Positions 9,007 through 17,873 of a DNA stretch of 64,000 nucleotides are shown in pieces. Positions within the stretch are counted from its first letter, which is position 1. Each line of letters begins with the position of its first letter. A program made the translations under genes and the position numbers. The notes under the pieces are model-generated. The model made no database searches, was not told the origin of the DNA, and saw nothing but the letters and a program-made list of their open reading frames with translations. The DNA is from an uncultured Chloroflexia bacterium (lineage in GTDB: Bacteria; Chloroflexota; Anaerolineae; Anaerolineales; Anaerolineaceae): assembly GCA_963791025.1 (NCBI GenBank), contig CAWBQF010000001.1, forward strand, positions 569,201 through 633,200. The letters are read 5' to 3'.

Positions 9007-11537
9007 CTAGGGGATAGTCGCCCAAAAAACCTGACTGCCAAAAGCGATTAATGCCCGCCGGTTGGGCGTAATGGCAAAGGCGGTTGCTTTCTGGCTGGGG
9101 ATGATGCTGTCTGGGTCCACTTCTGGGCGGTACTGACGTTGAAGATTCAACCGGCGAAGGCTTAAGTGATAAATTGACGCGTGGGCATCATCCAGAATGT
9201 ATAAAGATGGATCGGGCGGCTGAGTAGCCTGCATTTCGAGGAAGTGGGCATCTGAGAAGGAAAGCGGAGAAGCCTCTTGCCCAACCCGAGCATCGCCATA
9301 AGGGATGGGATCTGTGCAGCGGGTAGGAGAAAACTCAAAACCGCTGGCCTCGCAGATCGTCATGCGCCCATCGGAATGCAGCAAGTAAAGGAATTCCTGA
9401 TCTACAGCCAGATCAACCACGTCATTCATCTGCGGCACCTGTTCATCAAAAAACAGGCTGGGTGTGTTTTCAAACCGGCCCTTATCTCCGTTGAAATACC
9501 AGACTGCGTTGACCTGTGGATCGAGCACATACAAGGTATCGCCATAAGTGGTTACGCTGACGATCTTGCCCCAGTTTGTGTCTGGTGGAGGTAAGGAACT
9601 GCTATCGTAACTCGACTTACCAGGGGTGCAGTACGCGATGTTTCCAGCCTCATCGATTCCCATTACGGTAGCGTGGAATTCGTTGTTAGGTTGGAGCGGG
9701 ACCAAATCAATTAGAGGACCGATGATCAAACTGCCAGCTTTGCCCGGACCGCAGTTAAACCTGGGGTCCAGTTCATAGCCGGTCGCAGTGCGGAACAAGC
9801 GCAGGATGCGGCCCTGGCCTGAGTTCGAGCATATAGACATCATTCAGGGTTGCGACCATGCGGGTGATACTGACCTCACCGGCAAAACCCCCAGGCAATA
9901 CAGATTGGTAGGACAAGCGAACGATGCCATCCATCGAATCGAGGGCATTCTGCGCTTGCTCGCGAAGCGCAGCCGATTTATCAGTATGCTGATATTCCTC
10001 TGCCTGATCCAACCACAATAATACCTGTGTCCAGTTATCTCTTTGAAGCTGAGGGTCACTCTGTTCAAGGGCGCGTTGAGCAACCTGATCGGCATTAAAC
10101 AGCAAAGTATTAAACTGCTCACTCCGTCCAGCATTCAGGTAAACCATGGTAGCGACTGCTACGACTGCTAATGGAACACAAATGGCAATGAACAGCATCG
10201 AGGCCGGCGACAAACTCACCAGCGGTTCTGTGCGGTTCGGGAAGGCATGGGAGTAAACCTTACCGGTTACACTGCTTACACCCGAATGGGCAACCGATCC
10301 GACATGGAAGATAGATTTCAGAAACCGGCCAATCTGGAGGACGATGGGAGAAGGTCCTGTGCGGCGCACTTTAACTTTGCGCTCTCGCGCCGCAGCAGCC
10401 GGTTTCACTACATGAGGTTCTTTGACCGACTGCTTGCTAAACATACCAGTTGAACGCGCAGGCGATGAAGATGTTTTTTCACGCTCTGCCCGAGTGGAAG
10501 GCTGCCTGTCTGGCGGCTTTTTTTCTGGTTCGAGAGATGGAATCTCATTCGAAACCGTTGGTGATTCAAGAGTTTCGTCAAGGGGAGGAGCGGTTTCGGG
10601 AGAGGATTGAGAGACGAAGGAGTTCTTTGGAAGTTTGTTCCCAGGGAAAAATCCCGGCTTCATCCCTCTCAGCCCCAACCGCATCTTCTGGCTGCGCTGG
10701 CGATTCCGCGTTTGAGGGAATAGACACAAGCGGTGGTTCATGTTCCGTGCTTGTTTGAGGATAAGGTGAAAGGGGTTCCGCAGGCGCTGTTCCAACAACA
10801 GGCGTGGAAGGCGTCACAGCACCGTGTTCAGAATGAGACGGATGGTGCCACTGGATCTGACCCTTTCCGGTTTGCAATTTAACAACGGCTGCTTGCAAAC
10901 GATTCGCAGACTGACTCAGTAACCGCCGCCTGAGGTACTCCAACCCTAACTGCGTTGCACCTGCCAGGGTGCGGGCATTCCAGGAAACGGGCGGCTCGGA
11001 GCAGAAGAGCAAGATATCGCCTGACTCCAGCGTGGTTTGGTAAAAGCGCGGCACAACCTGGCGTGACAGCCCTAATCCACGCCCACTCTGACTGTCATCA
11101 AAGTGCTGTACCTGCGCTTTGGAGATGACAAAAGTATGGGCTGTTCCGGTATGCGCCAGAAGCAAAGTGGTTCCATGCAGCGCGCCCATACTGAGCGCGC
11201 CGACTAATTGGCCTTCTCTGGCGTGACGCAAATTGCGATTCAGTAACAAGTCGTTCAGACTTGAAACAACTACGCGAAGCGCAGCCGTAATAGACCCTGA
11301 GGCAGTAAAGTACTTCTCAGCCAGGCGCGACAGCATCTCCTGTTGTTCCGTGGGAGTCAGCGGGTTGGCGCCTGCTGATGGATAACCAGAAAGAGCTAGA
11401 TAAAGCACAAGGGTATCTTGCGCGCGCAGCCGGGTGGCTTTGCGTGGAGCAGAAGCCACCAACAGGCCTGGGAGATCACTCTGATCACGACCCGTCTCAG
11501 GAGATAGTGGAAGAACGGTTAAATCAAACAAGGTCAT
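9007..11537 (-). pseudogene. PP2C/SpoIIE-like domain - Pro-rich linker - TM helix - beta-propeller-like ectodomain protein, split over three frames
   Basis: ORFs 10578..11537, 9773..10798 and 9007..9843 overlap end to end, each one base out of frame with the next. Sensible sequence passes from one frame to the next near 10645 (..DEAGIFP|GNKLPKNSF..) and near 9815 (..NDVYML|NSGQGRILRLF..). The last piece has repeated LYVLD/LYLLH/LYILDD blades. Confidence 0.65.
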
Positions 11538-11865
11538 ATACGCCCTATGATTTATTTTACACGATTTTATTCATTCAGATGCAAGAATCATGCTAGCAAA
11601 CAGGTTTAAATATTTCACGTATGTCTTTACCGTAACACGCAACTAAGTCTACGGCATTTCTGCATTCTATGGAAATGCGGCCCTCTTTGTTTCTTTTTTG
11701 TTACAAGCCAGTTTGATAACCGTATCAACATCTTACCAAATATTGACTTTCTTAAAACCAAAAGATATCTTAATTCAAAGAAGATCTTGTTCTCATCCAG
11801 CAGGATTTTACTGTCCATCTTTCAAACCAACTCTAAATTCGTCTTTTCCGTTCCAGGCAGGAATT

Positions 11866-12699
11866 ATGAAAAAAAATCCTTTATCAAACATCTGGCAGCC
11901 ATCCTCTCGCCGCACCCAAAGCTGTTCTGAGGTGGGCTCGCAGCGCTCACTTAAAACCAAAGGCCAATCCTTTCTAGAACTGGCCCTCATCCTGCCCGTT
12001 CTGATCCTGATTCTGCTCGGTTTGGTTGAGGTGGTTTTCTTTATTGGGCGTTACCTGGATATGATCGACCTGACTCGAGAAGCTGCTCGCTTCGCCTCTG
12101 TGCGCGACCCTTTTGACAACAGCATCAACCGCGACCTGGATTGCAACACAAGTGATGGTTTTTACTTTTTCTACGATACGGCCTGCCTGTTCTCACCGCC
12201 GAAAAACTCAGATATTTGCAGCGTGTGCAGTGGAGAAGATTGTAAGTTCTGTAATGGGATGAACGCTTACTTTTTCCTCGACAAGTCTGTGGATGATATC
12301 GTCATCACGATTTACACCGTTAAGGATCGAAACGTCATTTCTGATACGCATCCGAAGGCAGCAGACGGATTCCCTGGCGCGGCGCTGCTGCCAGATGGCA
12401 AAACGAATTACTGGGCTTTATCCAATTCTGACAGTGACGCGAGCAATGACAACAACTGGAAAAAAGACTGTAAGGGGAATGTCATTCGAGATGAACCTTA
12501 CTTCACTTATGATCGGGTTGACAGCACGCTTCTGAGCGACTTAACGCCCAATAAAGGGTTTGTCGCTGTCGAGGCGTATTACTGCTACCACCAGGCGCTT
12601 AACCTACCCATCGTCAGCAATCTATTTCCGAACCCCATGAGGATCCATGCCTACACACTCATGCCCCTCCCTGCGGCCCAACCCACAAATGTACCCTAA
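11866..12699 (+). CDS. TadE-like pseudopilin-type protein
   Basis: N-terminal TadE motif GQSFLELALILPVLILILLGLVEVVFF. ATG 11866 sits inside the longer ORF 11698..12699. Confidence 0.7.
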   Translation: MKKNPLSNIWQPSSRRTQSCSEVGSQRSLKTKGQSFLELALILPVLILILLGLVEVVFFIGRYLDMIDLTREAARFASVRDPFDNSINRDLDCNTSDGFYFFYDTACLFSPPKNSDICSVCSGEDCKFCNGMNAYFFLDKSVDDIVITIYTVKDRNVISDTHPKAADGFPGAALLPDGKTNYWALSNSDSDASNDNNWKKDCKGNVIRDEPYFTYDRVDSTLLSDLTPNKGFVAVEAYYCYHQALNLPIVSNLFPNPMRIHAYTLMPLPAAQPTNVP

Positions 12700-14515
12700 A
12701 CATGCAGCCAACCGCAGCAGCGGGCAAGTGCTGGTGATCTTTGGCCTGTCGCTGCTCGTACTGCTGTTGTTTACCGGACTGGCTGTTGATGCGGGTGTCC
12801 TTTATGTATCTTATGGACAGTTAAAGCGCTCTATCGATTTAGCGGCAGTAGCTGCTGCGAACAGCTTTAAGCGCAGCGAGCAGTTGGAAACGATGAAAGC
12901 TGCCGCCCTGGAAGTGCTGCGGTTGAACAGCCTGGATGTCGACGATGCCGATCTGGATGTGCTGGTATGCGACGCGGATGGAGACCGCAAGCGGGACGTC
13001 TCCTTGCAAACAACCGCACCGGAGTTTTACGCGCGCTGCCCAGATACCGAAGCGGGGGAAGCACCTCGTAAGCTGGTTTTTATTCGCGCCCAACAAAAGA
13101 CCCCCTTCTACTTTCTAAGCCTGATTGGCTTTGACTTGGTTGTCCTAACCAGTGACTCGACGGCTGAGGCCGCTGCGATTGATCTGGTGATTGTCATTGA
13201 CACCTCTGAATTGATGGGCTATGGGCGCGTTGGGGATAGTAGTTATAGCTGTAAGCAAGGGAATTGCAGTCCCAACTTCCCCAGCGCAGACCCTGCCCTA
13301 CGCGGCTGCAACCTTGATAACTCCTGCACGCCCTTACTCCAGGCGAAGGATGCCGCAAAAGCCCTGGTCGATGAGTATATGTATGATGGGTATGACCAGG
13401 TGGGCGTTGTAACTTTTGATTCCAGCGCGCGCATTCACCCTATTGGTGGGTTTGAGATGAGCAGCAATATGGCACAAGTGATGAGTTCGATTGATAACGC
13501 AGTCAAATTACACGATGACCCGCCGGCCGACCGGCTCCGTTTGAGCTGGCTGAATGCTAATCTCGACCTATCTGCGCCTGAAAACCCAACCTCCCCTTAT
13601 GGCGCTTTTAACCCGGTCAACCCTGAAGATCGGGATGGCGACGGACGGGATCGTGACCCCGGATTGTTGTGCAACGATCCAGATGGTGACGGTTGGGACC
13701 CTGCTCCCCCGGCACCCTACGACACCTATACCTGGCCCGGTGGTGTAAAAGGAATTCCTTGTGACCAGGACGATGTGCTCGACGCCTATGATTGGGATAG
13801 TGATGGCGTGGTGACTGAGGAAGAAAACCAGACCTCTCTGGATTGGTTAGCCCAAAATGGTTCTTTATCTGTACTGTCCACCTGTACCGGCTGTGGGATT
13901 CGCGTGGCTTCGAATGTGCTGCGCGCTAATGGACGCCCTGGGTCGGTTTGGGTGATGATTTTACTCTCAGATGGAGCCGTAAACCTGAGCGACACCGGTT
14001 TTGACACCTACAACAATGCTGGAGATACACCGGATACCTCCTCCAGCATTTCGGCCTCCTTCCCAAATGGCTACTGTACTGGCGGACTGAACCTGCCCTT
14101 CTGGACCTCTGCTTGCTCTGATAACAATACCAGCGTGCGCTACTGCATGGATCCCGACCCAAACAGCTGCCCGCCTGACACAACGCACGTTCTGGCATCT
14201 AATCCAAGCTTATACAGTGTCGATGATTACGCGCGCGATATGGCGGATGAATCCGCTTTAACGCGCAGCGAAAACCCGAACGAACCGCGTGGAAATGATA
14301 TTGCGATGTATACCATTGGGCTGAACGTCAATACGCATGGTGAAGAACTCCTGCGTTATATCGCTACAGTAGGTGACGATGGGGACCGGTCTAATCCATT
14401 GAACTGCCCAGTCAAGCATAACTGCGGCAACTATTACTTCGCCGCGACGAAAGACGACCTGGCCCCGATCTTCGAAAATATTGCCTCCCGGTTGTTTACC
14501 CGAATTACGGATTAG
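12689..14515 (+). CDS. TadG-like protein with vWA domain and Asp-rich calcium-binding-type repeats
   Basis: N-terminus SGQVLVIFGLSLLVLLLFTGLAVDAGVLY (TadG/Tad-like). vWA core DLVIVIDTSELM...VGVVTFDSSA...ILLSDG. DxDGDG stretches (DRDGDGRDRDP, DPDGDGWDP). Overlaps the previous gene by 11 nt. Confidence 0.7.
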   Translation: MYPKHAANRSSGQVLVIFGLSLLVLLLFTGLAVDAGVLYVSYGQLKRSIDLAAVAAANSFKRSEQLETMKAAALEVLRLNSLDVDDADLDVLVCDADGDRKRDVSLQTTAPEFYARCPDTEAGEAPRKLVFIRAQQKTPFYFLSLIGFDLVVLTSDSTAEAAAIDLVIVIDTSELMGYGRVGDSSYSCKQGNCSPNFPSADPALRGCNLDNSCTPLLQAKDAAKALVDEYMYDGYDQVGVVTFDSSARIHPIGGFEMSSNMAQVMSSIDNAVKLHDDPPADRLRLSWLNANLDLSAPENPTSPYGAFNPVNPEDRDGDGRDRDPGLLCNDPDGDGWDPAPPAPYDTYTWPGGVKGIPCDQDDVLDAYDWDSDGVVTEEENQTSLDWLAQNGSLSVLSTCTGCGIRVASNVLRANGRPGSVWVMILLSDGAVNLSDTGFDTYNNAGDTPDTSSSISASFPNGYCTGGLNLPFWTSACSDNNTSVRYCMDPDPNSCPPDTTHVLASNPSLYSVDDYARDMADESALTRSENPNEPRGNDIAMYTIGLNVNTHGEELLRYIATVGDDGDRSNPLNCPVKHNCGNYYFAATKDDLAPIFENIASRLFTRITD

Positions 14516-14537
14516 TCAGGTGGAAAAGGTGAACGCG

Positions 14538-17500
14538 ATGATCAAAACAAACCACAGAACAGCACACAAGCATCGCATGCTGCACGCGCAAGGTATGCTC
14601 GAGTTTGCACTGGCCTTACCCATCCTGCTCCTGCTGATCTTCGGCATCATCGAGTTCGGCCGACTGCTGCAAGTCTGGCTGGCCCTTGAAAATGGCGCGC
14701 GCTTTGGTATTCGCTATGCCATCACAGGCTCTTACAACGCACCTAAATACTGCGGTCTGGCTGGAGACGCGCTGGGATTGAAAGATGAAGATGCAGCAGA
14801 TGGCAGCACCGACTGCCGGATATCTAAAAACCTTTATCCAGACCACTGGGAAGAATACACTCAGCAACTGGAAGATTGGGCGCGCCTGCCATCCATTCGC
14901 GACGCTACGTTAGCCGGCGCTACCGGAATTGGCTGGAATCCTGCATCTGAAGTTTCGGGCAACTATCTCGATTACCTCAGTCATCGCTCGGCAGTCTTTC
15001 TTCAGGATTATCGCGGCAATCCCAGTCTGGCCGGGTACTTGAATATTACGATTTGCAGCTCGCGTCGTGGTTCAGGTGGAAGCTTTTTCCGATTCGATCC
15101 GAATAAACAATATTATGGCGGGAATACGGGGAACGGTTTGTATGCTTTCCCCGATTACTGCGAACAGGCAGACAAGAACGGTAATGTGATCAGCTATATC
15201 GATGATGCGGGAGATCCTGGCGACCGCATCCATGTGGTTATCACCTACCGTCACCAGTTAATCACCCCTTTCCTCAGTTCCTGGTGGCCGACCCTGCCCT
15301 TACAAAGTGAGCGCGAAGGTTTGATTGAAAAGTTCCGCCAGTCACGGGTGACCGGTTTAATTGGAGATAACCCGGTAGCGGCTACATGGACAAACACCCC
15401 TCCGCCTGAGCCAACGGCTACTTTCACGCCCACCCCATACCCCTGTGAGAATACAGGGCGAATGACGCGTGAATGGTGGACGGGCGACGACATGCTCAGC
15501 GTCAATACTTTGGATGACTTTCTTTATCATCCACGCTATCCCTATGATGAATCCGGATCAGACGAACCTACCAGTTTTCAGGCGCCTAGCAACTGGGGAG
15601 ACCACTATGGGCAGCGCATGCGAGGCTATCTGTGCGCGCCTTACACCGGCAAATACACCTTCTATCTCACATCCGATGATGAGAGCGAGCTTTACATCAG
15701 CGGTGATAAAAGTCAGTCTGGTAAACAGATGATCGCTGCTGTCAGTGGTTGGACCACTGAAAAAAACTGGATGGGAGGCGGCATTTCAGGAGAAGTTTAC
15801 CTGGAGGCCGGACACCAGTATTACGTTGAAGCAGTGCATCGTGAAGGCGGGGGGGATGACCACCTGGCGGTGGCCTGGGCCGGACCTGGAATCGCGACGA
15901 TCGATGACCCTGTTCTCATTGGAGGACAATTCTTATCCCCAGTGGAACCTGACCCAGACCCAGTCATCTGCGGACAGAACAGCATCCTGCGCGAATGGTG
16001 GAATGGGATCAGCGGTTCAAGCATCAACAATCTCACCTCGAACGTGAACTACCCATACAAACCAGATGGGTTTGAAATGATGAATATTTTTGAAGCCCCA
16101 ACTAATCAGGGTGATAATTTTGGTCAGCGCTTCCGCGGGAAAATTTGCGCCCCCTTCACGGGTGACTACTACTTTGCGATTGCCAGCGATGATCAGAGCG
16201 TGCTGATGCTAAGTAACAGTGAAGACCCAGCCGGAGCGCAGGTGATTGCAGGGGTGCCGAGTTGGACAAACTCTCGCCAATGGGATAAATATCAAGAACA
16301 ACGCTCAGGGCCAATTCACCTGGAGGCCGGGCAACTTTACTATGTAGAAGCGATTCATAAAGAAGGGTCGGGGGGGGATAACCTGGCAGTAGCCTGGTCT
16401 TCACCTTACATGCCGCCTAATCGCGTTATTGAAGGCAAGTACCTGCTGCCTGCTGAGCCCGCCCCTCCTCGTTGTGATATCGTTACTTTTAATGACACTG
16501 AGGCGCTCTATCTTCAGCAAAGCCTCAAACAGATACGCGTTCATGTAGAGAACGCCAGTTCAATCTTATCGGTTCGACTGGATGGGGTCGAGGGAAAGTG
16601 GAATGGCAACTGGCACAACAGCTACCCAGGAGATATTCAACCCACATCCAATCTACAAGAGTTTGGGTGGGCGCTCGTAGACGGCTCTGGTTATGCAGCC
16701 TTTTATACGCCATCGGGTCCGTTGCCGAGTGTCAGCGGCAGTTCCCCTATCACCTGGCAGTATACCTTCACGGATCCTTATATTATTGATCCACAAGAAA
16801 AGGGGATGTTTGTCACCCAGTTCCAAACGTCGTTTTATCGCAAACCGAACGGGAATATCCCCAACACGAACTACACTTTCTATCATGGGCTTGATTTTGA
16901 AACCACCCTTCATTACCACGTATACTACAGTGATAACAATGGAATATCGGTAACCAGTGAGGCCTGCACAGCCAAGCTGTCTGGCCTTCCAGGGCCTTCT
17001 GTTGAGGCGCGCGTCCTGAACAACAATGTAGGAGAGGTATCTTTGCGGGCAGTAGCAGATGCCAGTTCCAGCCGGAATGGTGGCGTGAACAAAGTTTATT
17101 TTGATGTCTTTGACTTTACGGGTAAACTCGTTCACTCGCAGGTAGAAGGCTCAGGTCCTTACTGCTTGTTTGGGGATGACAGCAGCGCGGGTAATTTTGA
17201 AGGCTGTGCCGTGAAGCTTGCCTATGGAAACACCTGGAGCACTGGAGAGAAGATTAAGAACGGCACATACACAATCAGTATCGTTGTAGAAGACAAAGGT
17301 GGCAGCAGCAGCAACCCGGAGAACAAAGGAAGTTCGAAGTATTCTACACGCATCAAACTGGACGTAAAGGTGAATCAGCGTTATACTCCCACGGCTTCAA
17401 GCACCCCAAAACCCACCAACACCCCCACGCGAACACCTACGCCAACCCGTACAGAACGGCCCACTGAAACCAAAACGCCGAAGCCTACCAAAACGCCTAC

Positions 17501-17768
17501 GCGGACACCGAACTCGGCTACCAAAACCAAAGCTGCACAACTAAAAACAGACACCTACAAAACCGAAGCGGCGCCGACTGAGATCCCTGATACGCCTACG
17601 CCCTCACGAACCTTTACGGCGGTACAACCGGAAGTGCCGACAAACACAGCAACACCGAAGCCAACCCGTACGCCGACACCGACGCAAAACCCGAATATAC
17701 CGACCAAGACACCTACTCCGTCAGCGACACTGAGAAGAATCACCTTGTGTCCAGAGTGCGGTAACTAA
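14538..17768 (+). CDS. TadE-like N-terminus fused to two tandem PA14 domains and a Pro/Thr-rich tail
   Basis: MLEFALALPILLLLIFGIIEFGRL TadE motif. Two ~175-aa repeats with PA14 hallmarks (REWW..., YGQRMRGYLCAPYTGKYTFYLTSDD / FGQRFRGKICAPFTGDYYFAIASDD, GGDDHLAVAW / GGDNLAVAW). ~130-aa (T/P)-rich C-terminus. Confidence 0.75.
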   Translation: MIKTNHRTAHKHRMLHAQGMLEFALALPILLLLIFGIIEFGRLLQVWLALENGARFGIRYAITGSYNAPKYCGLAGDALGLKDEDAADGSTDCRISKNLYPDHWEEYTQQLEDWARLPSIRDATLAGATGIGWNPASEVSGNYLDYLSHRSAVFLQDYRGNPSLAGYLNITICSSRRGSGGSFFRFDPNKQYYGGNTGNGLYAFPDYCEQADKNGNVISYIDDAGDPGDRIHVVITYRHQLITPFLSSWWPTLPLQSEREGLIEKFRQSRVTGLIGDNPVAATWTNTPPPEPTATFTPTPYPCENTGRMTREWWTGDDMLSVNTLDDFLYHPRYPYDESGSDEPTSFQAPSNWGDHYGQRMRGYLCAPYTGKYTFYLTSDDESELYISGDKSQSGKQMIAAVSGWTTEKNWMGGGISGEVYLEAGHQYYVEAVHREGGGDDHLAVAWAGPGIATIDDPVLIGGQFLSPVEPDPDPVICGQNSILREWWNGISGSSINNLTSNVNYPYKPDGFEMMNIFEAPTNQGDNFGQRFRGKICAPFTGDYYFAIASDDQSVLMLSNSEDPAGAQVIAGVPSWTNSRQWDKYQEQRSGPIHLEAGQLYYVEAIHKEGSGGDNLAVAWSSPYMPPNRVIEGKYLLPAEPAPPRCDIVTFNDTEALYLQQSLKQIRVHVENASSILSVRLDGVEGKWNGNWHNSYPGDIQPTSNLQEFGWALVDGSGYAAFYTPSGPLPSVSGSSPITWQYTFTDPYIIDPQEKGMFVTQFQTSFYRKPNGNIPNTNYTFYHGLDFETTLHYHVYYSDNNGISVTSEACTAKLSGLPGPSVEARVLNNNVGEVSLRAVADASSSRNGGVNKVYFDVFDFTGKLVHSQVEGSGPYCLFGDDSSAGNFEGCAVKLAYGNTWSTGEKIKNGTYTISIVVEDKGGSSSNPENKGSSKYSTRIKLDVKVNQRYTPTASSTPKPTNTPTRTPTPTRTERPTETKTPKPTKTPTRTPNSATKTKAAQLKTDTYKTEAAPTEIPDTPTPSRTFTAVQPEVPTNTATPKPTRTPTPTQNPNIPTKTPTPSATLRRITLCPECGN

Positions 17769-17788
17769 ACAACAGGGCAATTTCTTTT

Positions 17789-17832
17789 GCTGCCGCAGCC
17801 ACCTCAATCTATTTAGAAGCGGCTGCGGCAGC
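17789..17832 (+). promoter_or_regulatory. 12-bp GC-rich hairpin between the PA14 gene and the kinase gene (possible terminator or attenuator)
   Basis: gctgccgcagcc (17789-17800) pairs with ggctgcggcagc (17821-17832). There is no clear T-run after it. Confidence 0.35.
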
Positions 17833-17873
17833 ACTTGTCGTCCGTAAATGTGAATCGCGTATAATTCAAATAT

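Noticed and set aside
9810-9830. The heptamer GAACTCA occurs at two frame-break regions (ctcGAACTCAgg in the propeller gene, minus strand, and cctGAACTCAta at 34625). This raised the idea of a motif-specific error, for example a methylation site, or a recoding signal.
   Set aside because: The propeller-gene junction cannot be placed to better than ~30 nt. The other five breaks lack the motif. Two occurrences are too weak statistically.
11654-11699. Weak hairpin (gcatttc / gaaatgc) followed by a T-run in the divergent promoter region, considered as a terminator of a small plus-strand RNA.
   Set aside because: The stem is only 7 bp, AT-rich, with an 11-nt loop. There is no upstream plus-strand promoter or gene. 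It is likely fortuitous.
17390-17760. Repetitive ACN-CCN (Thr/Pro) DNA, also at 25411-25500, which could be mistaken for a dispersed repeat or mobile-element remnant.
   Set aside because: It is in frame within long ORFs and encodes PT-rich linkers. There are no terminal inverted repeats, transposase genes or target duplications.
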